From: the human T2T-CHM13v2.0 reference genome, Homo sapiens
Length of the DNA: 64,000 bases
Direction: 5' to 3' (one strand)
Assembly: GCF_009914755.1 (NCBI RefSeq)
Contig: NC_060928.1
The translations under genes were made by a program, and so were the position numbers. The notes under the pieces are model-generated. The model saw only the letters and a list, made by a program, of their open reading frames with translations, was not told the origin of the DNA and did no database searches. Shown here in pieces: positions 48,307-63,517 of the stretch (the first letter of the stretch is position 1; the number at the start of each line of letters is the position of its first letter).

Positions 48307-51300
48307 CACTTCTATTTTTTTAAATGTGCCTTTGGTTTTTGTATCAGGACAATACTGGCTTCAAATAATTAGTTTGGAAGTATGCCCGTAGCCTTTTTTG
48401 GAATCATTCAAGTAGGACTAGTATTAGTTCTTTAAATGTTTGGTTTTCCTCTTTATTGATATGTAGTGCTCATAGCAGCCTCTAATGGTCCTTTTAATTT
48501 CTATGATAGCAAATGTATTGTTTCTTTTTTTAATCTCTGATTTAATTTATTTGTGTCTTTCCTCTTATTTTATTTATTAGTCTGGTTAAAGGTTTGTGTT
48601 TAGTTTATCTTTAAAAAAAACAACTTTTCAACTTTTCATTTTGTTTGTATTTTGTATAATTTTGTTGCTTTCAATTTCATTTATTTGCACTTGGATGTTT
48701 ATTATTTCATTTCTACTACTACTCTTTGGTTTGGTTTGCTCTTCCTTTTCCAATTCTTTAAGATGCATTGGTAGGTTGTTGTTTAAAGTTTTTCTTTTTT
48801 GTCGATGTAGGCATCAATAGCTATAAGCTTACCTTTTAATGCTTTTGCTGAATCCCATAGGTTTTGATACATTTTGTTTGCATCACCATTTGTGTCAAGA
48901 AATATTTTAATTTCCTTCTTAGTTTCTTTATTTATCCACAGGTCATTCAGCAACATACTGTTTAATTACCATTTGTTTATAGTTTCCAAAGTTTCTTTTG
49001 TTATTGATTTCTAGCTTTATTCCATTGTAGTCAGAAACAATGCTGGATGTATATTCAGTATGATTTTAGTGCTTTAAGATTTGTTTTGTAACAAAACATA
49101 TGGACTACTCTTGAGAAGGATCCATGTGCTGATGTGAAGAATGTGTATTCTGAAGCCACTGGATGAAATGTTCTCTAAATATCTATTTGGTCCCTGTGGT
49201 CTGTCTACATTGTCAATTAAGTTTGATGTTTCTTTGCTGATTTTCTGTCTGGATCATCTGTCCAATGCTAAAAATCAGGTGTTTTAGTCACTAGCTATTA
49301 TTGTATTGTGGTCTGTCTCTCTCCTTAGCAATAATAATATTTGCTTTTTAAATCTAAGTGTTCCACTTTTGGGTACATATGTATTTTAAACTCTCATATT
49401 CTCTTGCTGAATTGACCCCTGTATCATTATATAATTAACTTCTTTGTCTTTTTTATTTTTTTTTGCCATAAAGTCTGTTTTATCTGACACGAGTATAGCT
49501 ACTCCTTCTCTCTTTTGGTTTTCATTTATGTGGAATATGTGTTTCTATCTTTTCTTTCAGTCTAAGTGTGTGTTTCTAGGTAAAGTGCATTTCTTGTCAG
49601 TAACAGATTGCCATTTTTTAATACATTTAGAAACTCTAGGTATTTTGATTGTACAGTTTAGTATGTTTACATTCAATGTTATCGTTGATAAATAAGAACT
49701 TATTTCTGCCATTTTGTTACTTGTTTCCTGGTTGTTTTGTGGTCTTCTCTTTCTTCTTTACTTGCTTCCTGTCTTCCTTTTAGTAAAGATGGTTTTCTCT
49801 GGCAGTATGTTTCAATTTCTTGCTTCTTATTTTTTGTGTATCTATTGTATGTTTTTAGATTTGAGGTTACCATGAAGCTTTCAAATAATATAGCCTATTA
49901 TTTTAAAATAATAACAACACTAATTTTATAAACAAACAAAAAACTAATAACTCTATACTCTAACTTCATCTCCCCGTTTTTTGACTTTATGCTGTTTTTA
50001 TTTATATTTTATTGTCCTATGTCTTGAAAAGTTGTTGTAGTTATTATTTTTGATTGGTTCATTATTTATTCTTTCTACTTAAGACATGAGGAGTTTCCAC
50101 AAAATTATAGTTGTTTTTTTCTTCTGCCTTTCTATTTATTTTTACCACTGAGCTTTGTACCCTCAGATAATTTCTCACAGTTCATTAACATCTCTTTGTT
50201 TCAGATAAAGTCTCCTTTACTTTTCCATCTGCTTTTTTTCAAGCATGAGTCTCTCCCCATAGCCACCACAGCTGAGAATGTGCTGAGTCTTGCCTGAAGC
50301 CAACAACTCTAGAGTCTCATTCAAGGCCCACAGTATACTACCTGGGTAACATTTATTCAGGGTCCAAGGGTTCTCTAGTCAACTTGTGATGGGTCCTGTC
50401 AGAACTAGGTCCTTTTCTTCTAAAAAACAGGTTATTCTTGCCCTGGGTGTGTCTGGAAATATAGTCTGGGAGCTAGGGTATTGAAAGGGACACTCAGGAC
50501 TGATTGATGCCATATCATACTGTGGCTGAACTAGTATCCGAGATGCAAGACAAAGGCCTCTTTAATCTTTCCTCTCCTTTCCTCGAGAGGAAGGAAGTGG
50601 TCCCTTTTGGAGAATGAGCTTTATAGCCTAAAATTGGGAGAGAGGTGACACAAGCACTCCCTTAGCCACCTTGGCTGGTATCTCAGTATATTGTAGTCCC
50701 TCCAAGTTCACTGGCTCTGAGCTCAGTTCAGCACTAGGACTTGCCAAGGAGTTGCAGTCCTTGAGGCCTTAACTGCCTTTCACATTTATTTAGGGGCCTA
50801 GAGCACTTTATCCCATAGCTGTGGGGCTTACCAGAACTCAATTTCCAAACACTGGGATGGGCAATTCACCTCTGACTTGGACAGGTTTAAATTCTCCCTC
50901 CACGTGTGGGTGTTAGCTGAGTTTAGCCTGGTTTTGCCTTCTGCTGTAACAGGGTAGCACTGAGTTCAATACAATGTCTTAACAATTGCTGCCCTCTACC
51001 TCTCTCAAGTGCACAGATTCTCTCTCTCTGTACCACATAGCCACTGCTGGGGGAGGAGAGGTGACATTGGATATTTGAGAGTGTCTTTCCTACCTTTATC
51101 AATGCCTCTTTCAGTGATATAAAGTTAACACTAGGCACCCACAGCACAGAACAGGCAATCCACTTCCTTCTTCAACCATAGTGTCTCTCATCACCTATTA
51201 AATGTTAGTGTTTTCTCTCCAAAAATAAAGACCTGCTCAAACTGAATGTTTACTCAATATTTTGGCTTCTTTCCTTAGAAAAGGTGCATCCCAGCTGTAT

Positions 51301-52533
51301 CTAGGTTTTCATCTTTTAATCTTTTGCCTGCTCATAAAATTTTATAAGAACAAAACAAATATTTGCATCTTGTAGCCTTTCATATTTAGTTACAAAAACA
51401 CTTAATATTTCTTTTGGTTTTGACTTTGTTCTATTTTGTTTCTTTTATCTTTGTTTTTGGAACAGATGCTCAGGCCTATGAGACTTGCCCAGTAGAAAAG
51501 TTGTCTCCTTTTCCAAAACAATTCTAAAATTAAGTCGTCCTTACAAGGTAAAATTTACTGCCTGTTTTTCTCATCCCTAGTGTTAGGTATTATAGAAATA
51601 TAAATAAAGAGTTTTTGATTAGTAGGGATATAGTCTTGTGACAATGCTGGAATTTGTAAGATAAATTAGAGAAATCTTCTAAAATAATAAACTGTTACGT
51701 TACAAACATACAATTGGGTCTAAACTTCAAATAAGTAGGTTAGTTTCTATTAAGTTTAAAAATTAAAGAAGTTACTAACTTGCTGTGTACCTCTTAGATT
51801 AAATTTGAAAGAATTATACAAATATATTAGAGTTTAATGTCTCTTAATATTTCCACTGAGGAGATAGCAGAAAAAAATTAAGAGTTCACATTTTCCTTTA
51901 TGTCAAAATGAATAAATTTTGAAGTAAGCAAAACACTTACTTTTAATAAGCCCAAAATATACAATTTAACAGTTTTATATATTTAGTTGCTCTCATATGA
52001 ATTTAGCAAAGTCTTGAGTTTTTTAACATGCCCATTAATTGAAAGACCTGTATTTCTAGTGAGAAGAACTGAAGTTTCAGTTCTCTCTGGGACATTTTTC
52101 ATGATTGTTTCTAGTTGAAATCCACAGATTTTTGTTAGCTTGTTCCAATCTATTGTTAGCTAAATATAACCTAATGTACATATGTTTGTGTGTGTTTTCT
52201 TTCCTTTTAGTTAGGTAACCACACACTTGTCAGTGACCTGAATGGTAATGTCATATTTCAAAATCATCTGTGTTCTATTGTGGATATTTAAATAAATAAA
52301 AATAATGCTTCGATTAAATTGCATTTCCCTTGATGCTTAATTTGATAAGAGAATAATGTGTTTTCTTGGCAATTTATAATTTTGGGTAATATCACTATTT
52401 AGTAGAAATACATGATTCTGAATTTCCTGTTGTAGTACAGTATTTTCAGTGTCTAGGGAATAAGTATTGCTCATTATTTAGATTCACTTTATTAACCAGC
52501 TCTTTAAATTGTCTTCATATTTTATGAAGTTAA

Positions 52534-52888
<355 letters not shown>

Positions 52889-55472
52889 TAATATGGGCAT
52901 TTTATGTGCATCCCATCCATTTTTAAGAACAAAGAACTGCACTCTTCTTGTGTTCTCCATTCATGTAGGGATCCTATGAAATTCAGAGAGTTTTTTCTCC
53001 TATTTCCACTATAGATTTGCATGGCAATTAATTTTGAAAGAAAAACAATGTTAACAAAATTGTAGAGGCAATTACATTCACCTCAATTTTTTTTCCCAGT
53101 TTATTGTATTATCTAATAGTTATACCATTTAAAGAAAATAAAATATAAAGTTTATTATACTTCATAACAACATTTAACAAAATATCAGAGTAATCCCTTG
53201 TATCATTTTGCTAGGTACAAATACTAAAATTTAAAAAATATCAGTATAGGAAACTTCTGGTTTCATCTCTGACATTTAAATAGCTTTGAAGTCAAGACTG
53301 AAATACAATGACACAAAAAAACTGGACAAACAAAATCAGTGACTTTGCTTGGACCCATCAGAGGACCAAGGTTGGAGGACAAACTGCCACTCTGAAATCT
53401 GATCAGATAGTCATATTCAGAGAGACACAGATGAGACATGTTGACCTTGAGAATAATCTACTGGAGCCATAAAACTGGTAGAAATAATTCAGCAGTAAAT
53501 TTGTTGAATTACTGGCAGCTAAGTGGGAATTAGCATGACAGTGAGAAACTGCTGAGGGTAAGCAGTGTAAGCTTAAGGAGTTCCCTACACTTTCACAGGC
53601 TTTATCTTGAGAAAAACCATCAGATTTCTCAGAGATGGTAAGATCTCGGTAGTGGGTCTGGCAGTAAAGAGGGAAAATAATCATTATGAAATACACCCAG
53701 AGTATATTCTTTTAATAGATCTGTTTTCCTATTAAAAAAAGGAATTAGCTAGAGTCTTATCTTAGCTGAAGAAAGGGAGTTTCTCCCTCTCCCGTCTTTC
53801 CTAGTCTCCCATCTCCTCTAAGGGGTAGGTGAGTGGGACACAGTAAACAACAATAAGGTTTAAAAAATTAATTGAAAACACATCAGCCGGGGAACAAAGT
53901 AAGTCAGTATGGGGGGAAGTTAGTCTATACTACAGGAGAAACACTGAAGGTCAAAGCCCTTTGATACAGGCTAATTTAAACAATTAGATAAGATTTGAAG
54001 ATTATAAACTACTTGCCTTCATACACCACTTGTATGAAGTGCTGTGCTATCACATCAAAAGTGCTCCAGAACAACTGCAGTGGATTACAGCTAAAAGGAA
54101 GTGGGGCACAAGCTTTATTTCAAAAGGAGTACTTACAGATGCCCAAGGAGAAGATATAAAAACAAACACATTAGAGAAATTTATAGCCTCTGGCTCCTAT
54201 AGCTACATTAAAAAATAAATATAGCACAACTGCTACCCATAGAAATATTAACACTCACAACAAAGGCCTATTTGACTCACTTTCTATACCCAAAACAAGA
54301 AGTCCAACTTTCAACAACAAAAAAATTATGAGACATATCAAAAGGCAAAATAAACCAGCAAACATAAAAATACCTAAAAAATAAAATGAAGCATCAAAAT
54401 CCAGACTTAGATATGATACAGATGTTCAATTGGTCAGACAGGGTATTTAAAATAACCATGATTAATATGTCAATGGTTCTTTGGGGAAAATTATAAAATA
54501 TGCAAAAACAAATGGGTGATCAAAACTGCAAGAAAGAGTAAAAAAAATTCTACAATAAAAATAAAGTTTATTTTTATGGATTCACTAGTAGCTTGGGCAT
54601 GGCCAAAGAAAGAATGAGTGGGCTTGAGAATAGGTTAACAGACACTACCTAAGCTGAAATGAAACAGATAAAAAAATGAATGAAAGAATAGCATATTTTG
54701 AAGATCTGTGTAAGAATATGTAAAGGCATAACATCTGCATAGTTGGAATACCAAAAAGAAGAGAAAAACAATGCTGAAGAAATATCAGAAATAATAATGA
54801 CCAATAACTCTTCAAAATTAATGAGAGACAACAAACCAGAGATTAAGGAAATTAAAACATCAAGTAAGACAACAAATGCATACACACATGCATGCCTTTT
54901 AGCATATTGTTTTCCAACTTCAGAAAAAGCAATGACAGAGAAAAAATGTAAAAGAAATTGGTAGCAGGAGGAAGTGTTATCACTTGGAAACAAGTCTAAC
55001 AATTATTGCAGACTTCTTGTCAAAAACTATGCAAGTAAGAAGAGAATGGTGTAAACAATTTAAAGTGTTGGAAAAAAAACTCATAATTCAGTATCCACCA
55101 AAATTCTCCTTTAAGACAGACAGAAGAGGATATGAAAACTTAATCAAACGAAAACAATAAATGCATCACCAGGCAGTCCTCCCTTTAAGAAATGCCAAGT
55201 TTTTCAGCAGAAGACAAGTAGTATACCAGAAAATTAGTTCTACAAAAAGAGAGAAAGAGGGTCTACAAGGAATAAATGAAAATAAAACATAATCTTTTAT
55301 TTTCCTTATTCTTATTTGATCTAAAAAGCAATTATTTAAAAGCAATAAAATGAAGACATAGTTGGTTATTACAGCATCTAAATAAATAAAATGAAAGGTA
55401 ACAGTTTTACGAGAGACAGAAGGAAGAATTGGGGACTGTTTTTAAATAGAGTACCTGTACCGTAGTTTCTGA

Positions 55473-55697
55473 TTTTTTTTTTTTTTTTTTTTTTTTTGAG
55501 ATGGAGTCTCGCTCTGTCACCTAAGCTGGAGTGCAGTGGCGCTATCTGATCTCGGCTTACTGCAAGCTCTGCCTCCCGGGTTCACACCATTCTCCTGCCT
55601 CAGCCTCCTGAGTAGCTGGGACTACAGGTGCCCGCCACCATGCCCAGCTAATTTTTTGTATTTTTAGTAGAGACGGGGTTTCACCATGTTAGCCAGG
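55473..55697 (-). mobile_element. 5'-truncated AluY
   Basis: GCAAGCTC and GTTAGCCAGG diagnostics; TSD GAGTACCTGTAC. Confidence 0.92.
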
Positions 55698-55748
55698 AGT
55701 ACCTGTACTATAGAAGCATCATACTCTTACTTGAAGGTATATATAAAT

Positions 55749-55753
<5 letters not shown>

Positions 55754-55793
<40 letters not shown>
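55754..55793. repeat. (TA)n microsatellite
   Basis: About 20 uninterrupted TA units. Confidence 0.95.
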
Positions 55794-55794
<1 letters not shown>

Positions 55795-55843
55795 TAAATA
55801 TTTAAACTAATATTTTAACTAAATATATATATTTAGACTAAAT

Positions 55844-55844
<1 letters not shown>

Positions 55845-55892
<48 letters not shown>
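55845..55892. repeat. (TAGA)12 tetranucleotide STR
   Basis: Uninterrupted TAGA array. Confidence 0.95.
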
Positions 55893-56833
55893 GGTATATA
55901 ATTAGTAGGGCAAGACAATAGCAGAGGGGCAGGCAAGACTTTCTACCTTATTCTAGGGGCCAGAATTACCCTAATACAAAAAACAACAAAAAAAAGGGTA
56001 TCATGAGAAGAAAAAATGACAGACCAATACATCTCATTAACTTAGACATAAAAATACTTAAAATAAATATAAAAAAAGTTTACATTCCATGACTAAATGA
56101 TAGTCCACTCATGTAAAACTTAATAATTTCAGCATTTGAAACAAATCAATGTAACCTACCATATCAATAGACTAAAGATGAAAAGTCATATGATTTTATG
56201 AATTGATTTATAAAAGCGTTTAACAAAATTCCACACCCATTCAAGACAAAAACTCACACAGTATGACTACCCTTGTATGACTTCCTGGAAAAGGTAATAT
56301 TACACGTAAGATTAACTGATCAGTGATTGTTAGGGTTTGGTGCAGGTAGGGGGAACATTCATACATGAAAGATAGGGCATCTTTTAGAGGGCTGTGAAAT
56401 ACTCAATATTATGCTGGTGGATATACATTACTATGCATTTGTCAAAAGCATAGAACTTCATGGCACAAATATTAAACCTTAATATAATCATATATACACA
56501 CACACACACCTATGTATGTTAACACACACACACATATATAAACTTAAAAGCAAACATTTTTAAAGTTTTTTTAAATATACACATATATATTCTTTTTATT
56601 AGAAAATTGATGCACCCCAAGAGACTGTGACAAAACAAAATTATAAGTCTATAAAATACCCTTGCTGAAAAGGGGTGGGAAAATGTACTGACCTCAGTAA
56701 CTTTGAAAATAGTGGAATCTGTAAAACAAAAGAAAAAATAAACTGCACAAAGCAGTTTGTTTGATTTGTAAAAAAAGTTGTGTGCATCTCTCCCCAACTC
56801 CCTGGCTATTTCTCTATGAAAGTATCTTAATTT

Positions 56834-57008
56834 GGCCCAGTGCGGTGGCTTATGCCTGTAGAGGCTGAGGTGGGCAGATCACGAGGTCAGGAGTTTGAGA
56901 CCAGCCTGGCCAACAGGATGAAATCCCATCTCTACTAAAAATACAAAAATTAGCTAGGGGTGGTGGTGCACACCTGTAGCTACTTGGGAGGCTGAGGCAG
57001 GAGAATCG
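56834..57008 (+). mobile_element. 3'-truncated, tailless AluS (Sg-like) with TSD
   Basis: Ends at GGAGAATCG with no poly(A); flanked by GAAAGTATCTTAATTT and GAAAGTACCTTAAATTT. Confidence 0.88.
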
Positions 57009-57394
57009 AAAGTACCTTAAATTTTATTTAAATTATTACTTTTTATGTCATTATATAACTCACATTATGACAATTGAGTGACTAATATTTATATTTTTTA
57101 TCTAAAGTGGATGATTCATCATTTCTAGATGCTTTGTTTATAAGGTATCTATCATTAATTCATCCAAACTTTTATTTTAGCAGTGCAAATCCCCTCTCAA
57201 TACATTAAATATGGTAAACGGATGTTTGTTTTCTCTTTCTCTACCCTTCCTCTCTTCCTTCCTTCCTTCTTTCCTTCCTTGCTTTCTTTCCCTTCTTTTC
57301 TATGTCTTCCTGTACAAATCTACTGCTGTTCTCAAGGATTTTTGCAATTCTGTCATACTGTTACTTTCTTTCATCATTATATCAGGAATTCTCT

Positions 57395-57440
57395 TTCCTT
57401 CACTTCCTTCACTTCCTTCACTTTCTTTCACTTCGCTTCA
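57395..57440. repeat. 9-bp TTCCTTCAC tandem repeat
   Basis: Three exact and two degenerate copies. Confidence 0.8.
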
Positions 57441-58189
57441 CATTACAGGGAGTGTTAGTTTCAAAATCCCTGTAATGCCTCTTCTTTGATGTGTTTCTTA
57501 GTTATGTGAAAACATATACTTTGGTAAATTCCTGAGAAAGAAAGTATGGGGGTTAAAAGATTTTGGAAACTTTTCATTATTTTTTATAATTAAGGAGATC
57601 TTTGTTCTCTTTTAACTCTCAATCAATAATGTGTAAAAAAGGATATCACTTTGCAGCATTTCTCCATTGTCTCTTACTTTCTACAATTATAAGAACATAT
57701 TTGATGCTATACAAAATTCTATATGTTTTCTCCTCACTTTTTGTATTACAGCACCACAGAAAAACAGAACAAAAAAGGTATAGGGGTATTGAAAGAGATT
57801 TTTTTATGAGGCATGAACTTACAGTTATGAAGGCTGAGAAGTTAAAAAGATAATTTTATAATATGAATATGGTATGAGCTAACCTAACCACATTGAATAG
57901 TGTTTTGTCAGAGTCATTTGAACCAGAGCAACTCCATTTTGAATAAGAGCTGGGTAAAATGAGACTGAGACCTACTGGGCTGCATTCTAAGTCATAGGAT
58001 TAATAGGAGGTCTGCACAAGATACAGGTAATAAAGATCTTACTGATAAAACAGGCTGCAGAAAAGAAGCTGGCTAAAACCCATCAATTCATGCTAAGAGA
58101 CACTCCCACCAACACAATGACAGTTTACATATGCCATGGCAAGGTCAGGAAGTTAAGCCATATGGTCTAAAAAGGGAAGGAACCCACAG

Positions 58190-58219
58190 TTCCAAGAATT
58201 GCTTACCCTTTTCCTGGAA
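58190..58219. promoter_or_regulatory. tandem GAS (STAT) motifs in MER41
   Basis: TTCCAAGAA (58190-58198) and TTCCTGGAA (58211-58219), both matching TTCN3GAA. Confidence 0.6.
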
Positions 58220-58231
58220 AATTCATGAATA

Positions 58232-58580
<349 letters not shown>

Positions 58581-59443
58581 ATTTATCATCCACCTTTTGT
58601 TTAGCATATAATCAGGAAATAATAAATAATTATAAAAATGGGCAACCAGCAGCCCTGGGAGCTGTTCTGCCTTTGGAGTAGCCATTCTTTTATTCCGTTA
58701 CTTTCTTAATAAACTTGCTTTCACTTTACTCTATGGACTTGCCCCGAATTCTTTCTTGCACGAGATCCAGAAACCCTCTCTTGGGGTCTGAATTGAGAAC
58801 CCTTTCTGTTAAAAGTTTCACTGCTCAATTAATTACACAGAATACAGATTTACTTATACAGTATTCACTTTTTAAATATAAAATGTGTATATATTTTAAA
58901 TAATTATAATGTAATTATTTTATTTATCTTTAATATATTTTTGCAAAGTCAAGAACTTATAAATAAAAATAGATAATTAATAAATTTTAAATGGACATTA
59001 AAAAAACTAGGTGTTCAAATGACAAAAAAAGTATTTTCTAGTTTATTTTATAATGTGGACTCATATTAACATAAAAGTTACATATCTTATATTTTAAGTA
59101 TTCATGACTGTACTGCCAAGAAAAAGTTAAGGATGGAGTAATCTTGTTTACTCACTAAGTTTACTAATCATAACAAAAATAATAATGAAAGCTTAACATT
59201 AACTTTACAAACTACCCAATGCATAAGGTCAAGCATTCATGTGTGAATTGCTTTTGTTTGGAGACTACTTTAAACCTCAAGATCTTATTTTTTATTTACC
59301 CTATTAGAATATGATACTTTGCTTTTTCAGATAAATATTGCATACTATGTTTTTATGCTTTCATTTGTAAACAATTCCTCTTTTCAATTTAAAAACAATT
59401 GGGCAAGATATCCAAATTCATAATTAGACACTTATGTGTGTTG

Positions 59444-59444
<1 letters not shown>

Positions 59445-59482
<38 letters not shown>

Positions 59483-59520
59483 GTATATATATATGTATAT
59501 AAATATATACATACATATAT
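59445..59520. repeat. compound (TG)n(TA)n microsatellite
   Basis: Read directly from the sequence. Confidence 0.9.
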
Positions 59521-61789
59521 CTCCAAACTTGTTAGTCATTATTTTTATAATATTTAACTTAGTAGTAATATTTAAAGAGATAGAAGTATTTTAGAATTAC
59601 CTAATCTGTAGCATCTGAACTACAGAATATGAATAATGGCCAGATTATGTAACAACACCAATTTTATCTAGCTTATTTTAATACCTTAACATATTTTTGA
59701 AGTTTCACAAAATAACATTTGTGAAAAGAGTATTCCAAATGTGCATTTTTTGTTTATAACTGTAGGTTTGTTCCTTTCATATGTTAACAATTTAATTATG
59801 TGTCTTCTATGTCTAATTAATTATATATTACAAGTTGACTTTATAATCATTTATTTATAATAATAGCTGCAAATTAATGAGTTCCATAGCAATTTTATAT
59901 TAATACCTAGAAAGATATTTACATGGAGTGTTTGCTTTAAATACATTGAATGTTGTTGTGTATACTTCCATGGCTATATTTTTTCACATTATTTTTCCCT
60001 GATGGCATATTACAAATCTGTAAGTTGACCTTTTGTCACTTCTAAAATATTAAATTTTCTTTCAGCTTATGATTTATATAATTGCATATTTAGTGACAAT
60101 ATGTCAGTATGAATTCCTTCTTGACACTAATAGTGGCTAAATTCCTTGTTTAGTACTGTGTTTTGTCGAGAAAGAGTTAAGACAAAAAAAGTTGCTATAT
60201 AAAAAATTTAGTAGGTATCATTTCAATTTTTTCCACAGAAAAATTTTACTGTAACATTTGCAATCTTTTTCTAACCTAAGTGAAAAAAAAACTTTCCAAA
60301 TAGTTACTTTTTAAATAATAATAATAATAGAAATTTAAGGGGCTTGATAGTGATTGAATAGTCACCACTGTTACTTGTGGTTACTCTCTCCTGGTGTTGC
60401 TCTCTACTTTTACATCTGCTGCATATTAATTAGCCACATGTTCCCTGGGTTTTTATCAAATTGAATGGAGGAGAATGGGATAATTGTTTTTCTCCAAGAG
60501 TGGTAATGCCATCTATTAGCAAAATTAGAATCACACGTAAATATATTATAACAATAAAGACAAAGAGATATCAGTAGAGACTTTACTGCTACCATAACTA
60601 GGTGCAGGCATGCATTTGTTTAACACATTGATTTTTTTTAATTCCCTAACATTTCTTTAAGAGGAATTTAACTGAGTATAATACACAAAACCTTTTTCAG
60701 GCGTGAAGCTAATAATTCAATACAATGACAAATGGACTCTTAATGTGATTGCATTTCTGTTAGGGATTTCTAAATAATTAAATAAAATTTCACCTAATTG
60801 CAAGAACTGCAGTTTGAATTATTGCCAATTCTTGGTTGAGTAACTCTTTTCAGAAGCAGACAGGTGTTTGAATACCTATTAATTAGCACTTAGCATCCTT
60901 TAATTTATATATTATTGTTAGTTCCTGCTTAGTTTTATCAAGCAATCTATTAGAGTAGGACCCCCTTTTTAAAAAATATTTGAATAAATAATTTCAAACA
61001 TGTTAAATGCATTTTCCTGTTTTCCTTTATTCCAACAATAGATATCATTACAGCATAACTAATTGCTTTGATCGTTATAACATATTCATCTCTTCTGTGT
61101 TGGTATTATGAAAATAAATATTTGAATCATGTAAAATACGTGTGATTAATGCCTTTGTTATTTTCACACCATTAGTTCATTATCTGTTGCATTCAATCTT
61201 TGTTCATGAAAATATAAAGGATTGATTCATATTGTGCTAAGATGTTAATAATATAATACTTTGATTTCTTTTAAAATATAAGAAATCTGGCTGAATGATT
61301 ATGTGATGGTGGCAACGCATTTCAGAACGAATATGGATAATATTCAAAAACAAAAAGTAAAAAAGAAATCTTAAAGATGCAAACATTTGTAATACTAAAT
61401 TTTCTAACCAGGATAATCAATGGAGAAAACATAAATTATGTACACATTAGAGTTTTTTGCTTATTTGGTATCTTTTAGCTCACCAGGAATCCATTCACTG
61501 ATGTATTCAGTAATTGATGTATCTTTATACACTATAGTTAAAACAGGCACAATGGAGAATACCAACTTCTATAGAACAAGTTAAATACAATGGAAATTAC
61601 AAGCTACAAACTTCTCTTACATTCATTCTTACTCATGAAAGAAGATTCCTAAGATTACTCACGTTTAAGAAGCATAGAAGCATCCAAGAAGAGTGAAGCC
61701 AGAATTTTTATAAAATGTATGTTCTTAAGGATCATCATGGCCACTTTCCAAGTTTTATTGTACTCATTAATCAGTGTGTATATGTATGT

Positions 61790-63037
61790 GTCTCTGTTTT
61801 ATAAAATTGTATTAGGAATGTAGGTTAATGTATCCAGCACCACAGTCAAGTTAGAATAAAGCTTCATTAAAACAAAGATCCCTCCTATTGCTCTATCAGA
61901 GATACACACCCCTCCCTTCCCTCCTCCTTCCCTAATGCTGAACACTCTAATATAGTCTCATCTTAAAAATTTAGTCTTTTTGAAAATATTATATAAATCA
62001 TATCATATATGTGAAAGGAAAATAACTCTTGGGACCCTAAAATCACTAAGCCGTGAGAAAAGTCAAGCTAACAAGTATGTCAGGCAAACCTGCTTCCCAT
62101 TTTATTCTTAAACAAGATTCCTACAAAGATAAGAAGCTACATACCTCCCTCACAATTTGCTCACAGGAAATTCCTTGTGGACAAAGGACAGACAGAACTC
62201 AGAGTCATCCCTCTGAGGCTCACCTGAGACAAATGCATATATGATTACTTCCTCTGCCTATTGTTTATGTAAAAATGCAGATTCATGGAGCCAGACTAAA
62301 TTGTGTATTCAGTGGAAGGCTGATCAAGGACTCAAAAGAATGCCACCTTTACTTTCTTATCTACTTCTACCCTGGAAGCCCCAACTTTGAGTCGTCCACG
62401 CCTTTCCAGATCGAACCAATGTACATGTTACACATATTGATTGATGTCTCATGTTTCCCTAAAATGTATAATAGAAAACTGTACCACCGACCATCCTGGG
62501 CAAATGCCATCAGGACCTCCTGAGGCTGTGTCACAGGCACATTCTTTACCTTGGCAAAATAAACTTTCTAAGTTGACTGAGACCTGTCTCAGATATTTTG
62601 GATTAACATATGAAACCATTTAGAATTGGCATTTTTACTTGATTTAAATCTTAGAGATTCATCCAAGTTTTAATTTACATCAATGGTTTCTTTAATTCCT
62701 GAGTAATATCCCCTGGTATCAGTGTAGTGCATTTTCTTTAGTCATTCACTCATTGAAGGATATCTGTGTTGGTTCCAGTTTTGAGATATAAGCATTCATA
62801 TACAGGTTTTTATGTGAACACGTGTTTCCCTTTTTCTGTGATAATATCAAAAGTTAAATTTGTAGATCTTATGGTAGTTTCATGTTTAGGTTTTTAAAAA
62901 ACCGTCAAACTGTTTTGCAGAGTGCAGTACCGTTTAATATTCCCACTGGCAATGTTTGAATGACATATTCTCTTCCCATCCTCTTCAAGATTTAATGGTT
63001 TCACTATTCTTTTTTTGTTAAGCTATTCTGATAGTTG
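61790..63037 (-). mobile_element. old L1M 3' region interrupted by LTRs
   Basis: GAGATTCATCCAAG..GGTTCCAGTTTT..TCAAACTGTTTTGCAGAGTG..TCCCACTGGCAATG antisense L1 pattern. Confidence 0.72.
62010..62608 (+). mobile_element. MER4A/MER4A1-like solo LTR
   Basis: TGTGAAAGGAAAATAA..AATCACTAAGCC start; AATAAA near the end; ends TTAACA; TSD TATA/TATG. Confidence 0.82.
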
Positions 63038-63509
63038 TGTGGGGTGTCAAATTATGCCTCAGTTCACAGACGTAATGAACTTCCTGTGGTTCAAATGTGA
63101 AAAGCAATATCAAGGAGCTGTGGCAAGGTGAGGGAGTAGCCACACTGTGTCTTTGGCAAATGTTGCAAACCTATTTTTCTCCAACCAAGTCAAAAACAGT
63201 TCCAGAAAACAATGTCAAAGACAATTGCAGCTGGAAATTCCCCAACTCACCACCAACAGACTACCTGCAACCAGCCAATTAAGGGAGACTGGTGATTTGG
63301 CCTTTAAAGGTCTTCTAATCAAGACTCTATCACTCTCCTAACTCTCCCCCTCTTCTTTATGATCTCTAACTCTTCAACCTGCTCCTCCTCAGAGTGCCCT
63401 TTCGTTTTTACACTGAAGGCTTCTTGTCCTCAGTCTGCAATCTGAAGTTTGCTTTGGAAAATAAAGTTCTTCTTTTGTTTCCACTGATTTAATTGGTCTT
63501 TTATTAACA
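63038..63509 (+). mobile_element. probable solo LTR, family not assigned
   Basis: TG..CA bounded 470-bp block with CCAAT and AATAAA, interrupting L1-like sequence. Confidence 0.5.
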
Positions 63510-63517
63510 AATGGTAT

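Larger units (their letters stand above)
53245..56760 (+). mobile_element. old L1 (L1MC/L1MD-like): 5' UTR, ORF1, short ORF2 pieces and 3' UTR
   Basis: Starts ACTTCTGGTTTC; ORF1-like ..EEKNNAEEISEIIMTNNSSKLM..; abrupt jump from ORF2 to 3' UTR near 56260. Confidence 0.72.

Noticed and set aside
51150-51320. Possible 5' end of another ancient L1, and HAL1/L1ME-like traces near 57300-57720
   Set aside because: Too diverged to call by eye.
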